From IMG/VR virus record IMGVR_UViG_3300030329_000227, positions 1-26,448 of that record: a stretch of 26,448 nucleotides of DNA; one strand, 5' to 3'. Below, piece by piece: positions 14,089-22,949 of this stretch. Each line of letters starts with the position of its first letter. Position 1 is the stretch's first letter. Made by a program: the position numbers and the translations under genes. The notes beneath the pieces were generated by a model. That model was given only the letters and a program-made list of their open reading frames with translations. It ran no database searches and had not been told where the DNA came from. This stretch comes from a virus.

Positions 14089-14242
14089 CTTTCTTTTTCT
14101 TTTTAGGTTGTTCTTTTACAAACAAAGCATCTCTAACTGATTCATTAAGTCCTGCTATTTGTTTCTGTGATAATTGGTCTAAAGGTATATTTAAGGTGTC
14201 AATACTTTTACCTTCCCATTCTTTTTTTAGTTTCCAAGCCAT
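14069..14242 (-). CDS. small ORF (57 aa), below the track cutoff
   Basis: MAWKLKKEWEGKSIDTLNIPLDQLSQKQIAGLNESVRDALFVKEQPKKKKKDDSFAG. It sits 11 nt downstream of a copy of the conserved promoter-like element. Confidence 0.5.
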   Translation of the reverse strand: MAWKLKKEWEGKSIDTLNIPLDQLSQKQIAGLNESVRDALFVKEQPKKKKKDDSFAG

Positions 14243-14253
14243 AGTTGTTTTAT

Positions 14254-14281
14254 TATAAATATAAATATAACATTATTGTTT
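14254..14281 (-). promoter_or_regulatory. conserved element AAAC-N12-TTTATATTTATA (copy 1), candidate phage late promoter
   Basis: Minus strand: AAAC (14281-14278), 12 nt, TTTATATTTATA (14265-14254), then 11 nt to the ATG at 14242. It lies immediately after the strong terminator. Confidence 0.5.
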
Positions 14282-14291
14282 TTAAGTGTAC

Positions 14292-14314
14292 AAAAAAAGG
14301 GGGCAAAAACCCCC
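14292..14314 (-). terminator. rho-independent terminator downstream of the capsid/tube genes
   Basis: Minus strand: GGGGG-TTTTTG-CCCCC followed by T7, 25 nt after the stop at 14339. The stem is all G:C in a very AT-rich genome. Confidence 0.75.
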
Positions 14315-14338
14315 TCTTTTATCTATTCTGAGTAACGA

Positions 14339-14932
14339 TTAAGAACCTGTTGTAATAGTTAAGTTCGCTTCATCAGCTAAACCATCAAATGGATACTTAG
14401 CTGTTGCTGCTCCTGCACTAGCAGGAAGCTGTATTAAAGCGTTGTTTTCCTCAGCACTCCATTCTATAGTGTATCCTGTCATATCACCTTTAGCTGTTCC
14501 TGTTACTACAGTACCACCTGAAACATGACATCCATTGTCAATACCTAATAAAAATACATTATCGTTAGTATCTTGTACAAAGATTTGACTTCTTGAATAT
14601 GCCATAAGTCTAAGCTCATTAGTCATGTCATGGTCAATTTTTTGTAGTGTTACAGATAATGCCTGAGTAAAAAATGTTGTACCATTAGCGTTATCTGAGT
14701 TGATAGTAACTGTCAAACTAGATAAGTTAGGTACTAAGTCATATTTGAAAACTGTAACAGTACCACCACAACAAGACCAATTAGCAAAACCTGCTGTAGT
14801 CATTTCAGTAGCATTTATAGTAGCAGTAGCACTAACATTATTACTGTAAGACTTAGCTATAAAAATTGCTTTTAATCCACCGATTTGGTCTTTACAATCT
14901 ATTAATCGTCCTCTTGTTATATCACAAGCCAT
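14339..14932 (-). CDS. putative major tail (tube) protein
   Basis: A 197-aa ORF after the capsid gene, flanked by terminator-like hairpins. MACDITRGRLIDCKDQIGGLKAIFIA... and ...GTAKGDMTGYTIEWSAEE resemble tail-tube families as I recall them. A head-decoration role is not excluded. Confidence 0.45.
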   Translation of the reverse strand: MACDITRGRLIDCKDQIGGLKAIFIAKSYSNNVSATATINATEMTTAGFANWSCCGGTVTVFKYDLVPNLSSLTVTINSDNANGTTFFTQALSVTLQKIDHDMTNELRLMAYSRSQIFVQDTNDNVFLLGIDNGCHVSGGTVVTGTAKGDMTGYTIEWSAEENNALIQLPASAGAATAKYPFDGLADEANLTITTGS

Positions 14933-14956
14933 AATTATTATTTTATTAAAAGTTAA

Positions 14957-14983
14957 TAAAAGGGGAGTATATTACAACTCCCC
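14957..14983 (-). terminator. hairpin plus U-tract between the capsid and tube genes (attenuator/partial terminator)
   Basis: Minus strand: GGGGAGT-(8 nt)-ACTCCCC (14983-14962) followed by TTTTATT, located 15 nt after the capsid stop codon. Confidence 0.55.
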
Positions 14984-14997
14984 ATTTAAAGTATCTA

Positions 14998-15984
14998 TTA
15001 AGTCCAAACAGTTGAACCATATACACCATCAGTAGCTACAGCAGTTTGTACTCCAATAGCAAAGTTCATAACAACTCTTACGTTGTCAGAACCATCATAT
15101 TCGTATGTAGGTATTAATCTTGCTTCTGTCCAATCAGTAGCTAAGTTAGTACCAAATACTAAGTTTTCAGGGTAAGTGAAAAGAATAGTATCATTGAACA
15201 TACCAGGACATCTGTATATTGGGTATCCAAAGTAAGTAGCTGTATCAGATTTTGCATCAAATCCTAATCCTGAAATTTGACCTTGATTAGAACCTGCTGA
15301 AGCTAATGCTTGAATGTAAAAACCATAAGTTTTGTTATTCATGTAAAAACCTACACCTGGTTTTGTAAGGATTCCTGATATATCAGAAGCAGCAGCATTA
15401 TATACTGAAGCCATGTCAGTAAGTATATCAGAAGCAGCTAAAGCATCAGCGAAATCAACTTCAGTAAAGTCTTTACACGCAGAAGCGTCAGCACCTGCCT
15501 CATCTTGAGTACCATCATCAGATAAGAAGCCTGTTCCGAATGGAGCAGCACCTTGCCAAATACCGATCTCTAATTGAGCAGCAGCTTTTCCTGCAACAAC
15601 TTGTAATAAGAAGTCACCGAATGCTTGTGGTAAGTTACCATTTCTATCCATTCCTTGTCCCATCCATGTAGGAAAGATTGTACCTCTACAAATCTCTTCG
15701 TTTACTTTAAGATCAGTAAGCGTTAAAACTTGCTCAGTAGTTGATGTGTCATTCCCACTTGAGAATGAACAAGCAGAAGCAACAATAGGATTAGCACAAG
15801 CTATATTATTGATTACTGCACTTTTTGTTAGACCATCTAAGATTCTAACATAACCTTTTGCAACTGTATCTGGACTTCTCAAGGCAGCAGTCACATAAGG
15901 CATTGCGTGAACACCTGCGTATGTATCACCATTCACAGTTATATCAAATTCACGTCTTTTTGATAATTGAATTTTGTTTGCCAT
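14998..15984 (-). CDS. major capsid protein (inferred)
   Basis: A 328-aa ORF directly downstream of the protease and acidic scaffold genes. Locally higher GC, with a hairpin terminator after it. The call is from synteny and size, not a recognised motif. Confidence 0.65.
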   Translation of the reverse strand: MANKIQLSKRREFDITVNGDTYAGVHAMPYVTAALRSPDTVAKGYVRILDGLTKSAVINNIACANPIVASACSFSSGNDTSTTEQVLTLTDLKVNEEICRGTIFPTWMGQGMDRNGNLPQAFGDFLLQVVAGKAAAQLEIGIWQGAAPFGTGFLSDDGTQDEAGADASACKDFTEVDFADALAASDILTDMASVYNAAASDISGILTKPGVGFYMNNKTYGFYIQALASAGSNQGQISGLGFDAKSDTATYFGYPIYRCPGMFNDTILFTYPENLVFGTNLATDWTEARLIPTYEYDGSDNVRVVMNFAIGVQTAVATDGVYGSTVWT

Positions 15985-15991
15985 TTTAAAT

Positions 15992-16663
15992 TTATTTTAA
16001 GTTATTAATGTAATATGCTGTCCGTTCTTGCATAGACAGTTTCGCTAAGTCAACAGTTGAATTAAAATTAGAACCTTCAGGATTGTATTCAATACCTTCC
16101 GTTGCAGGTTCGCCACTCAATTCTACTATTTTGCTTTTAAGCTCTTCTATTTGTGTCATAAGATCACCTATAACTTCATTAGACATTTCAGTTTTATCTT
16201 CTTTAACTTCATCAGATAATTCCTCAACTTCCTCTTCAGCTACTTCAGATGATGCCTCTACTTTATCAGCTTTAAGATCAGCAACAGCATCTTCTAAATT
16301 TTTGATTCTTATTTCCATACCTTTCCAATCTGCTACATCTGCCTCTTCTGCTAGTTCCTCTTCTTTAACTTCAGATGCTTCTACATCTTCAGCTTCCTTC
16401 TCTTCGCCTAAGTCTAAGATTTCAGATGAATCACCGATTGTCATTTTGTTGCCATTTTCCATAGTGTAGCTTCCTGCTTCTAGCATTTCAGCTTCACCAT
16501 CATCACCAACAGCAAATACTTTAGATCCAATCATGAACTGCTCATCTTCTGTAGCAATAACACGACCATCATCTAATTTCATTTCAGCGTATAGTTCTAC
16601 GCTTTCTGATTTTGATTCGTTTTTCATTTTAATTAGATTTAAGATTTTTTCTAGTGTTCCCAT
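15992..16663 (-). CDS. scaffolding protein (acidic, helical)
   Basis: A 223-aa ORF extremely rich in Glu/Asp/Ala with coiled-coil-like repeats (EEELAEEADVADWK..., EVAEEEVEELSDEVKEDK), located between the protease and capsid genes. Confidence 0.65.
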   Translation of the reverse strand: MGTLEKILNLIKMKNESKSESVELYAEMKLDDGRVIATEDEQFMIGSKVFAVGDDGEAEMLEAGSYTMENGNKMTIGDSSEILDLGEEKEAEDVEASEVKEEELAEEADVADWKGMEIRIKNLEDAVADLKADKVEASSEVAEEEVEELSDEVKEDKTEMSNEVIGDLMTQIEELKSKIVELSGEPATEGIEYNPEGSNFNSTVDLAKLSMQERTAYYINNLK

Positions 16664-16669
16664 AACATG

Positions 16670-16697
16670 TATAAATATAAATTGATTATTATTGTTT
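16670..16697 (-). promoter_or_regulatory. conserved element AAAC-N12-TTTATATTTATA (copy 2)
   Basis: Minus strand: GTAAAC AATAATAATCAA TTTATATTTATA, then 6 nt to the scaffold ATG (16663). Confidence 0.5.
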
Positions 16698-16703
16698 ACT
16701 TCT

Positions 16704-17702
16704 TTAGTATTTTACAGTTCTATTTTTGATAGCAGAACATACTTTAGCAGCAGTTTCTTTATTGCCATATTGTTTAATTTGATCCCTCATGCAATCATCC
16801 CAAGAATACTTTAACATTGCTTTTCTTTTTGCATAAGCAACGTATTCAAGCATCTTATACCTTTTTTTGTATTTACGCTTTCCTTTCTTAGTATATAGCT
16901 CCTCTTTCATTGTAGCTGATGAGTGATCTGCACAAGGCATATATAGTTTTTCACCATCTACTGTGTGTGGATGTGATCCTTCACAACCTTTAAACATCTC
17001 TGCGTATATTTCAGCTTCCTCTCTAGTTCTAAATAAAGGCTCACCATCTAAAGCTCCTACAGGATTTAATTCATTCTCTAAAATGATGTTTTTAATTTTA
17101 CCTAGCATAATGTCATCAGGACAATCTTCACACACCTCATCTAGTATATCTTTATTCCTAGATGCTTCTATTAGTTTATCTGTAAAGTAACCTTCTATAC
17201 TAAAACCTCTAACTTCTTTATTCTTAATCTTTTCCCAAATCTCAGGATTGTTTTCTGCACTTACTTGTACAAACCAAGTACCAACAGGCATATTCTTAAA
17301 TCCATACATATTAGATTTATCAAATTTTTCATCTTCTTTAATCCACGATTCTACAACAGTTAAACCCTTTATTGGCTCTTTGTGTTCAAGAGTGTGGTTA
17401 TTGTTGTTTAAACTTGACATAAATAGGCTCTGTGCCTGTTTAATAGTTTCTTTAGTAAAGAATACATCATACTCTTCGTTAGTATCTTTATCTAGTCTAG
17501 GTATACGTTTTTCAGGAATAAGAACAGCACCAATTAATTGCTTTTGCTCTTCATCTATTTTTGCTAGACTCAGAAAGTCCTGATTAAAGAACACAAAGTT
17601 TTCCTCTATTGCAGGAAATTTGACTACGCTGATTGCGTCAACGCCAAAGAAATCTGCTGTTTCATCTATGATTAACTCTATTAGTTTTCGTTTTTTATCC
17701 AT
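16704..17702 (-). CDS. prohead protease, XkdF-like (Peptidase_S78_2-type) with a C-terminal Cys/His-rich extension
   Basis: VSVVKFPAIEENFVFF...LIGAVLIPEKRI...VFFTKETIKQAQSLFM...HTLEHK...VVESWI...GTWFVQVSAENNPEIWEKIKNKEVRGFSIEGYF follows the XkdF pattern. The C-terminus YSWDDCMRDQIKQYGNKETAAKVCSAIKNR is also common in such proteins. Confidence 0.7.
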   Translation of the reverse strand: MDKKRKLIELIIDETADFFGVDAISVVKFPAIEENFVFFNQDFLSLAKIDEEQKQLIGAVLIPEKRIPRLDKDTNEEYDVFFTKETIKQAQSLFMSSLNNNNHTLEHKEPIKGLTVVESWIKEDEKFDKSNMYGFKNMPVGTWFVQVSAENNPEIWEKIKNKEVRGFSIEGYFTDKLIEASRNKDILDEVCEDCPDDIMLGKIKNIILENELNPVGALDGEPLFRTREEAEIYAEMFKGCEGSHPHTVDGEKLYMPCADHSSATMKEELYTKKGKRKYKKRYKMLEYVAYAKRKAMLKYSWDDCMRDQIKQYGNKETAAKVCSAIKNRTVKY

Positions 17703-17708
17703 AATACT

Positions 17709-17736
17709 TATAAATATAAAGTTGTTAATTTTGTTT
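17709..17736 (-). promoter_or_regulatory. conserved element AAAC-N12-TTTATATTTATA (copy 3)
   Basis: Minus strand: GTAAAC AAAATTAACAAC TTTATATTTATA, then 6 nt to the protease ATG (17702). The TAA inside GTAAAC is the stop of the upstream gene. Confidence 0.5.
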
Positions 17737-19321
17737 ACAATGTAGCCTGTATTTCTAATTCATCCTGTAATGCCTGAGCATCTGAAATATCTGTTTCAAC
17801 AACAAATGCCTGTACAGGTGTCATGTCGGTTTCAGGTGTAGTAATAGCACTGATATTAGGAATTGTTCCACCAATACCTCCCATAGCAGGTGTACTAGCT
17901 ACTGCACCTACATCACCACCACCACCATCTGCTCCTGCTTTTTTAAGTATGTTCTTTGCTGAAGCTAGATTAGTCATAACTGCTGCAATACCTGTACCAA
18001 TCGCTGCTAAGTTACCAGGAAACGGAACAGCTTGAGCTGCTTTTACTGCACCTGAGATAGCTAGTGCAGTATCAATTAATATATTTGTTAAAGCTGCTGC
18101 CTTACCCACTTTTGTGCCTTCACCTGCTAATTTAGTTGTTGCTGTTAATACAGCTTTAGCTGCTTTTATTCTTTCATCTCTAATCCTGTTTCCATCTTCA
18201 ATCTCTTGCTGAGCATCATCTTCTTTTTGCTTTGCTAGTTCTTTTTCTAAATCTGCTTGTTCTTTAATTAAAGCATTTTCATTAGTTAACTGCTCTGATC
18301 TTTGACTTGTAATTCTTTCATCTAAGTCAGCTAATTCAGTTCTAGCTTCTATTAAAGCAACCTGTAGGTCTATATTAGATTTATCGGTAGCTAATTCTTT
18401 TTGTGCTAATTCTAGTCGTGTTAAAGCAACTTTTCTTTCTGCTTCTGCTTGTTCATCTAAGATTTCACCTAGTTTATTATTGGCAGCAATTCTTTCCTCT
18501 GTTGTTAAACTAACATCATCTCTAATTTGTCTTTGTAATTCCGCTTCTTTTTGAAAAGTTAACTGCAATTCTCTTTGTACAGCATCTGCTAATTTAACAT
18601 CATTTCTAAGTTGTACTATTGCTTGTGAAGTCGCTAATATAGCTCCTGCTCCCTGTTCAAAGTTTTTAGTAACACGAGTAGCATATTCACCAGAGGCAAC
18701 AACTGCTATCTTTGTTCCTTCTACTACATTAGTTGCTAGACCACCAAAAGCATTTGCTGTTTCACCAACTAACTCAATCATTTCATCTTTATTTTGATTC
18801 ATTGCTTCTGTTAACCTTTCAAATTCACCTTCTGTACCCATTCCAATCAAATCTAAAAAACCTGCATAAGTTGCTTGAAGTCCTAATAAGTTACCTTCTA
18901 GCATTTTTAAAGGAATAGCAAAATTGTTCTTTATAAGAACTGCCATATTACTAAAAGCATCTGCCATTACCCTTAATACATCTGTGTTTTCAGTTAGCCA
19001 ATATGCTGTGTCTACTAAAGGCTCTACAAGTTGTTTAAAGGTTATATTTAAAAACTCTAATCCTGTATTAAATTGATCTGCAAATTTTTGATTATTTAAA
19101 AAAGCGTTTCCAAGACCTACTAAAGCTGAAATAACCAAACCAATACCTGCTGATTTTAATGCTAATCCTAATCCTTTTACTGCAAGTGTCATTCCAACAG
19201 TAGAATCTGTGCCCTGTTTTGCTGATTCCTCTATGCCATCAAAACCTGCTTTTACCTCATCTAATCTTTGTACTGAGCTTCCTGTATCTACTTGTACTTT
19301 TACTGTTTTTGTTACCGCCAT
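17735..19321 (-). CDS. tape-measure-like protein (coiled coil with Gly-rich hydrophobic segments)
   Basis: A 528-aa ORF. It has hydrophobic/Gly-zipper stretches (GLGLALKSAGIGLVISALVGLGNAF; AIGTGIAAVMTNLASA), a long heptad-rich Glu/Leu/Ala/Gln centre, and a GADGGGGD tail. An internal/ejection protein is an alternative. Confidence 0.45.
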   Translation of the reverse strand: MAVTKTVKVQVDTGSSVQRLDEVKAGFDGIEESAKQGTDSTVGMTLAVKGLGLALKSAGIGLVISALVGLGNAFLNNQKFADQFNTGLEFLNITFKQLVEPLVDTAYWLTENTDVLRVMADAFSNMAVLIKNNFAIPLKMLEGNLLGLQATYAGFLDLIGMGTEGEFERLTEAMNQNKDEMIELVGETANAFGGLATNVVEGTKIAVVASGEYATRVTKNFEQGAGAILATSQAIVQLRNDVKLADAVQRELQLTFQKEAELQRQIRDDVSLTTEERIAANNKLGEILDEQAEAERKVALTRLELAQKELATDKSNIDLQVALIEARTELADLDERITSQRSEQLTNENALIKEQADLEKELAKQKEDDAQQEIEDGNRIRDERIKAAKAVLTATTKLAGEGTKVGKAAALTNILIDTALAISGAVKAAQAVPFPGNLAAIGTGIAAVMTNLASAKNILKKAGADGGGGDVGAVASTPAMGGIGGTIPNISAITTPETDMTPVQAFVVETDISDAQALQDELEIQATL

Positions 19322-19485
19322 ATTAATCGTATTATTTGTTTAAACATTCGTCTAAAGCTAGAGTGATATTCCTCTATGCCATAAACAAAGTCATAATGTT
19401 TATCTTTATATTCTACTAACTGAATATGCTCTACACTTAGAGGTATCAGTTTTGCTGTATGTTCTATATATTTTTTTAATTCCAT
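19312..19485 (-). CDS. small ORF (57 aa), below the track cutoff
   Basis: MELKKYIEHTAKLIPLSVEHIQLVEYKDKHYDFVYGIEEYHSSFRRMFKQIIRLIWR. It fills the 154-nt gap. Its start overlaps the end of the 1157-aa gene by 10 nt and its stop overlaps the next ATG by 10 nt. Confidence 0.5.
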   Translation of the reverse strand: MELKKYIEHTAKLIPLSVEHIQLVEYKDKHYDFVYGIEEYHSSFRRMFKQIIRLIWR

Positions 19486-22400
19486 ATTAAGTAATCTCCG
19501 TTTTGTAATTGTATTTTATCTCCGTTTTGATATAACGCCCAATTTTCATCATAACCTAAAGACATATTATTAATTTTATTTATATCAATATCTGCTGATA
19601 ATTGCCATACTCTTTTAGTATCTGTTTGGCTATCTTCTAATCCAAATCTAAGCACATTACTAGAAATGTCTATATCTAGTGTGCAAGTTGTTGGATTTGA
19701 TCCTTCTCTTATACTAAATTCCTGTTGACCACCTGCTGTGCTTAATTGTGTTGCTGTGCCATTAGCTATTTTAAAAGCTGTGTAATAAGCAAAACCCTCA
19801 GTAGTACCCAAAGTGTATGTAGCACTTGTACCACCCACTACAGTAGCAATACCTTTAACTCTAATAATCATATTTATATTATCAGGCACTGCCATTGACT
19901 TGCCATACTCATCTGCTTCAGGATACGCATAACCTTTAGTGTTTCCAGATGTGTTTCCTGATAATACTATTCTATGGGATTCTCCTTGTAATTGTGGTAT
20001 ATCTCGCTTTGCTGTAGCGTATTTAATAATTATATCATCACCAAATAAAGGAAACAAAGATTGACTATATTTAGTGTTATTAACACCTCTTACAAAGGGT
20101 TTATTACGCCCTCCTATTTTATCATATATTAGTGTTTTTAAATCTCCTGTATTAAGTATATTGCTAGATGAAAAAATACTCTTAAATTTTAAAGGCAAAC
20201 TACCTGCATTAGCAATACAAGGGTACAGGTTCTTATCAGCTTGTGCTGTGTAATTCCACATCACCATACCACCATTACAAATGCAACATTCTGGAGGAGC
20301 AAAAATACCTAAAAAATTAGGTGCTGTAGTATCAGGAGTGCATCCAGGATCGTTATCTGCACACCACATATAATAAGTATCTGCATATAAGTTACTATCA
20401 CCAACACTAGCTGTAACATAATCACAACCATTACAATTTTCTTTAGTATCTAAAGATTTTATTAATGTTACTTTTGTACTTGCATTAGCACCTACTTGAT
20501 AGTTAGAGATTTCTAGTATACGCCAATATGTGTCTTTTATAAATATCTCATCAGCAAAGCTAAAATTAAATATATCTACTTCATTTAAATTTAGATAACA
20601 CTCCATGATTCTAGCTTCTGTGCTATATATATTATCAAGATACTGTTTCCAATAACCACCATATAAAGTGTTATTAAACCAATTACCAAAATAGTTAGTA
20701 TAGTTGAATATAGAGAGGTTTCCAACTAAAGGAGGTGTAGCATTCCAATATAAAGATTTTGAACTAGTAGTTAATCCTGTAGTATTATATTCTAAGTCCC
20801 AAGCTGTACAGATAGGATATTTTGTAAATGTATAAGCTGTTAAAGCTGTAGATGTTGCTCTATGTAGATAGTAATTTATATTATCACCTATAGTATTTAA
20901 AACATCTGTTGCTGTACCACCATAATAAAATAATTTAGGATTTGTCTTTTTAATTTTATTGACATTTATGCCATTATTTTCCTCATAACTAAATTCATAT
21001 TGAACTGCCATATTTGGTAAAAATGTACCAAATTGCTCATCATCATTTGCAAAGACTTGACCACTTATATATGGTGAAAATATAGCATTGTTTTTTAACT
21101 CACCTGTTGCAAACTCATTATTAAACTCATCTATAGTTAGATGTCCATATACATTTATATCAGGATAGCGTTCTTTAAATGATTTATTGTACAAATCTAC
21201 ATCCTCTTTATCTGTTAAGTGTATTCTCTTTTTTTGTAATGTGGTTGTGTCTTTGACTATGATTTCTTTTGAAGTGTCTATTTTATTTGTCCAATACTTT
21301 AATTCACCACTAGCAATAAAGTCATCGTAAGGTTCTATGATTAAGTTAGTATCATCATTAGGATCAGTTAAAACAACTAAGTTAAAACGCTGTATTATAT
21401 CTTTTAAAAAATCTCTTTGCTTTATTTCAGGATCAATACAGGCAGGTATATCTACAGTAGCACCAAAAATATCATTAGAATATCCAATCCAATTAGAACT
21501 AATACTGCTAAACTGAGAACATCCAATGGTTGCATTACCTAAAACATAAGTAGCAGCTAACCCAGAGCTGTTTATTAGTGTACCTGAATCTATAATTATT
21601 TGAGCAGAAGCTCCTAAAGGCATATTTTCTAAAGACAATGTATAGTTTAAGATTTCATCTACTGTAGATTGATTTGCAGGAGTAGAATCAGGATCAGCTA
21701 CAGGATCAAGAGTTATTGTTGTACTTGCATATTCAACGCCTGTAGATAAATTATTTGTTGCATCCCATTGAACCAAAGAAATAGTTAATTCAATGTTACC
21801 ACCAAAATTACAACCTAAAACATTAATAGAATTAAATCTATGTGAAGCATTTACCTCTTCCATTGTAGTGGATACTTTAGTAAAGTAATTATAAGTTGCA
21901 TTCCAAACATTATCAGGATCAGCAGGTGTAGTGCAAGTTGCTGATATTGGAGATTCTGCATTAGCAGGTACAACAACTTGACTAACTGTACCACAAGATG
22001 CACCTATTTCACTTGATAAAACACCCCATTGAGCATTATTACCTACTGACAGTAAACCACTAGGAGATGCGTTGGTGTTTGTTGTTGGTATTGCACCTGC
22101 TTCTATATGAGTGCAGGTGGTCATAAATAATTGACCAAAATACGCATTAGAAGCATCTATAAAATTAGATGTATAAGAAAATCCTGCTTTAGCACAAATT
22201 TTATTAAATAACATTTTTAATTGTAGTGCAGGTCTAAATTGATTTATGTTAACACCATAGCTATAGGCAGTTTCTACTCCCTGTGCAGTTACTATAGAAT
22301 TTGCTGTTGTTTGGTCTAAATTAAGGTATCTAGCTTCATTAGGATCATAATAAAACTTTTCCTCAGTTACCGCCATTGGATATACCACTTTAGAAACACC

Positions 22401-22949
22401 TGCTGTTGAATCATTTAAAGATGTGCCACCTGTATTAGTTAAAGTGCCACTCCATGAATTATATAATGTGTTATTAGTTGAGTTTGTATAAAAAAAAGTG
22501 TGGTTAAAATCTGTACTGTAACTGCCATCATCCTCTTTAAATACATCTTTTAATCTTTGTTCTCCTATTGTGCTAAATAAAGAAGCTGAACTAGACATTA
22601 AGACTACTTCATACATTTGTGCTTTTTTATATACTGATTTTAATTGTAAAGCACCTTCAAATTGTGGTACTGTTCCAACATATAATACAGCATCAAATTT
22701 TTTCCTAGAGCTAAAAACTAAAGTGTCTAAATTGACATTATACCAATCTTGAAAAAATTGATTATTATTATCAGTAAATGGTAATTTAAATGTTTGTGAA
22801 TAACTTCCTTTTCTGGTTTCAGGTTCTTTTATTTCTGAGAACGCATAGTTTATAGAAACATTAGGAGCTTCTTGTAAGTCTAAATTATAAGCTGTAGTAG
22901 ATGATGCACCACTTGTAGCTTTACGATATGCAACTAATCTAACATTCAT
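19476..22949 (-). CDS. large tail/baseplate protein (probable tip or receptor-binding protein)
   Basis: A 1157-aa ORF, the largest in the genome. The N-terminus (YNLDLQEAPNVSINYAFSEIKEPETRKGSYSQTFKLPFTDNNNQFF...) resembles the phage distal-tail/tip N-terminal pattern. The composition is Asn/Thr/Ser/Tyr-rich. Confidence 0.55.
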   Translation of the reverse strand: MNVRLVAYRKATSGASSTTAYNLDLQEAPNVSINYAFSEIKEPETRKGSYSQTFKLPFTDNNNQFFQDWYNVNLDTLVFSSRKKFDAVLYVGTVPQFEGALQLKSVYKKAQMYEVVLMSSSASLFSTIGEQRLKDVFKEDDGSYSTDFNHTFFYTNSTNNTLYNSWSGTLTNTGGTSLNDSTAGVSKVVYPMAVTEEKFYYDPNEARYLNLDQTTANSIVTAQGVETAYSYGVNINQFRPALQLKMLFNKICAKAGFSYTSNFIDASNAYFGQLFMTTCTHIEAGAIPTTNTNASPSGLLSVGNNAQWGVLSSEIGASCGTVSQVVVPANAESPISATCTTPADPDNVWNATYNYFTKVSTTMEEVNASHRFNSINVLGCNFGGNIELTISLVQWDATNNLSTGVEYASTTITLDPVADPDSTPANQSTVDEILNYTLSLENMPLGASAQIIIDSGTLINSSGLAATYVLGNATIGCSQFSSISSNWIGYSNDIFGATVDIPACIDPEIKQRDFLKDIIQRFNLVVLTDPNDDTNLIIEPYDDFIASGELKYWTNKIDTSKEIIVKDTTTLQKKRIHLTDKEDVDLYNKSFKERYPDINVYGHLTIDEFNNEFATGELKNNAIFSPYISGQVFANDDEQFGTFLPNMAVQYEFSYEENNGINVNKIKKTNPKLFYYGGTATDVLNTIGDNINYYLHRATSTALTAYTFTKYPICTAWDLEYNTTGLTTSSKSLYWNATPPLVGNLSIFNYTNYFGNWFNNTLYGGYWKQYLDNIYSTEARIMECYLNLNEVDIFNFSFADEIFIKDTYWRILEISNYQVGANASTKVTLIKSLDTKENCNGCDYVTASVGDSNLYADTYYMWCADNDPGCTPDTTAPNFLGIFAPPECCICNGGMVMWNYTAQADKNLYPCIANAGSLPLKFKSIFSSSNILNTGDLKTLIYDKIGGRNKPFVRGVNNTKYSQSLFPLFGDDIIIKYATAKRDIPQLQGESHRIVLSGNTSGNTKGYAYPEADEYGKSMAVPDNINMIIRVKGIATVVGGTSATYTLGTTEGFAYYTAFKIANGTATQLSTAGGQQEFSIREGSNPTTCTLDIDISSNVLRFGLEDSQTDTKRVWQLSADIDINKINNMSLGYDENWALYQNGDKIQLQNGDYLIWN

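Noticed and set aside
13969-14242. Possible frameshift between the 57-aa and 39-aa small ORFs at the AAAAAGAAAAAGAAAG run, in the canonical position for a chaperone G/GT pair after the tube-like gene
   Set aside because: The downstream ORF is in the +1 frame, not the -1 frame (start offset 154 nt = 1 mod 3). It has its own ATG, and the combined size is far below known chaperones. They are treated as two separate small ORFs.
12694-18918. Plus-strand ORFs 12694..12876, 14043..14258, 16083..16469, 16963..17190, 17248..17583, 17823..18035 and 18733..18918
   Set aside because: They are antisense shadows of the portal, small-ORF, scaffold, protease and tape-measure-like genes. For example, the Ser-rich 16083..16469 is simply the complement of the Glu-rich scaffold gene.
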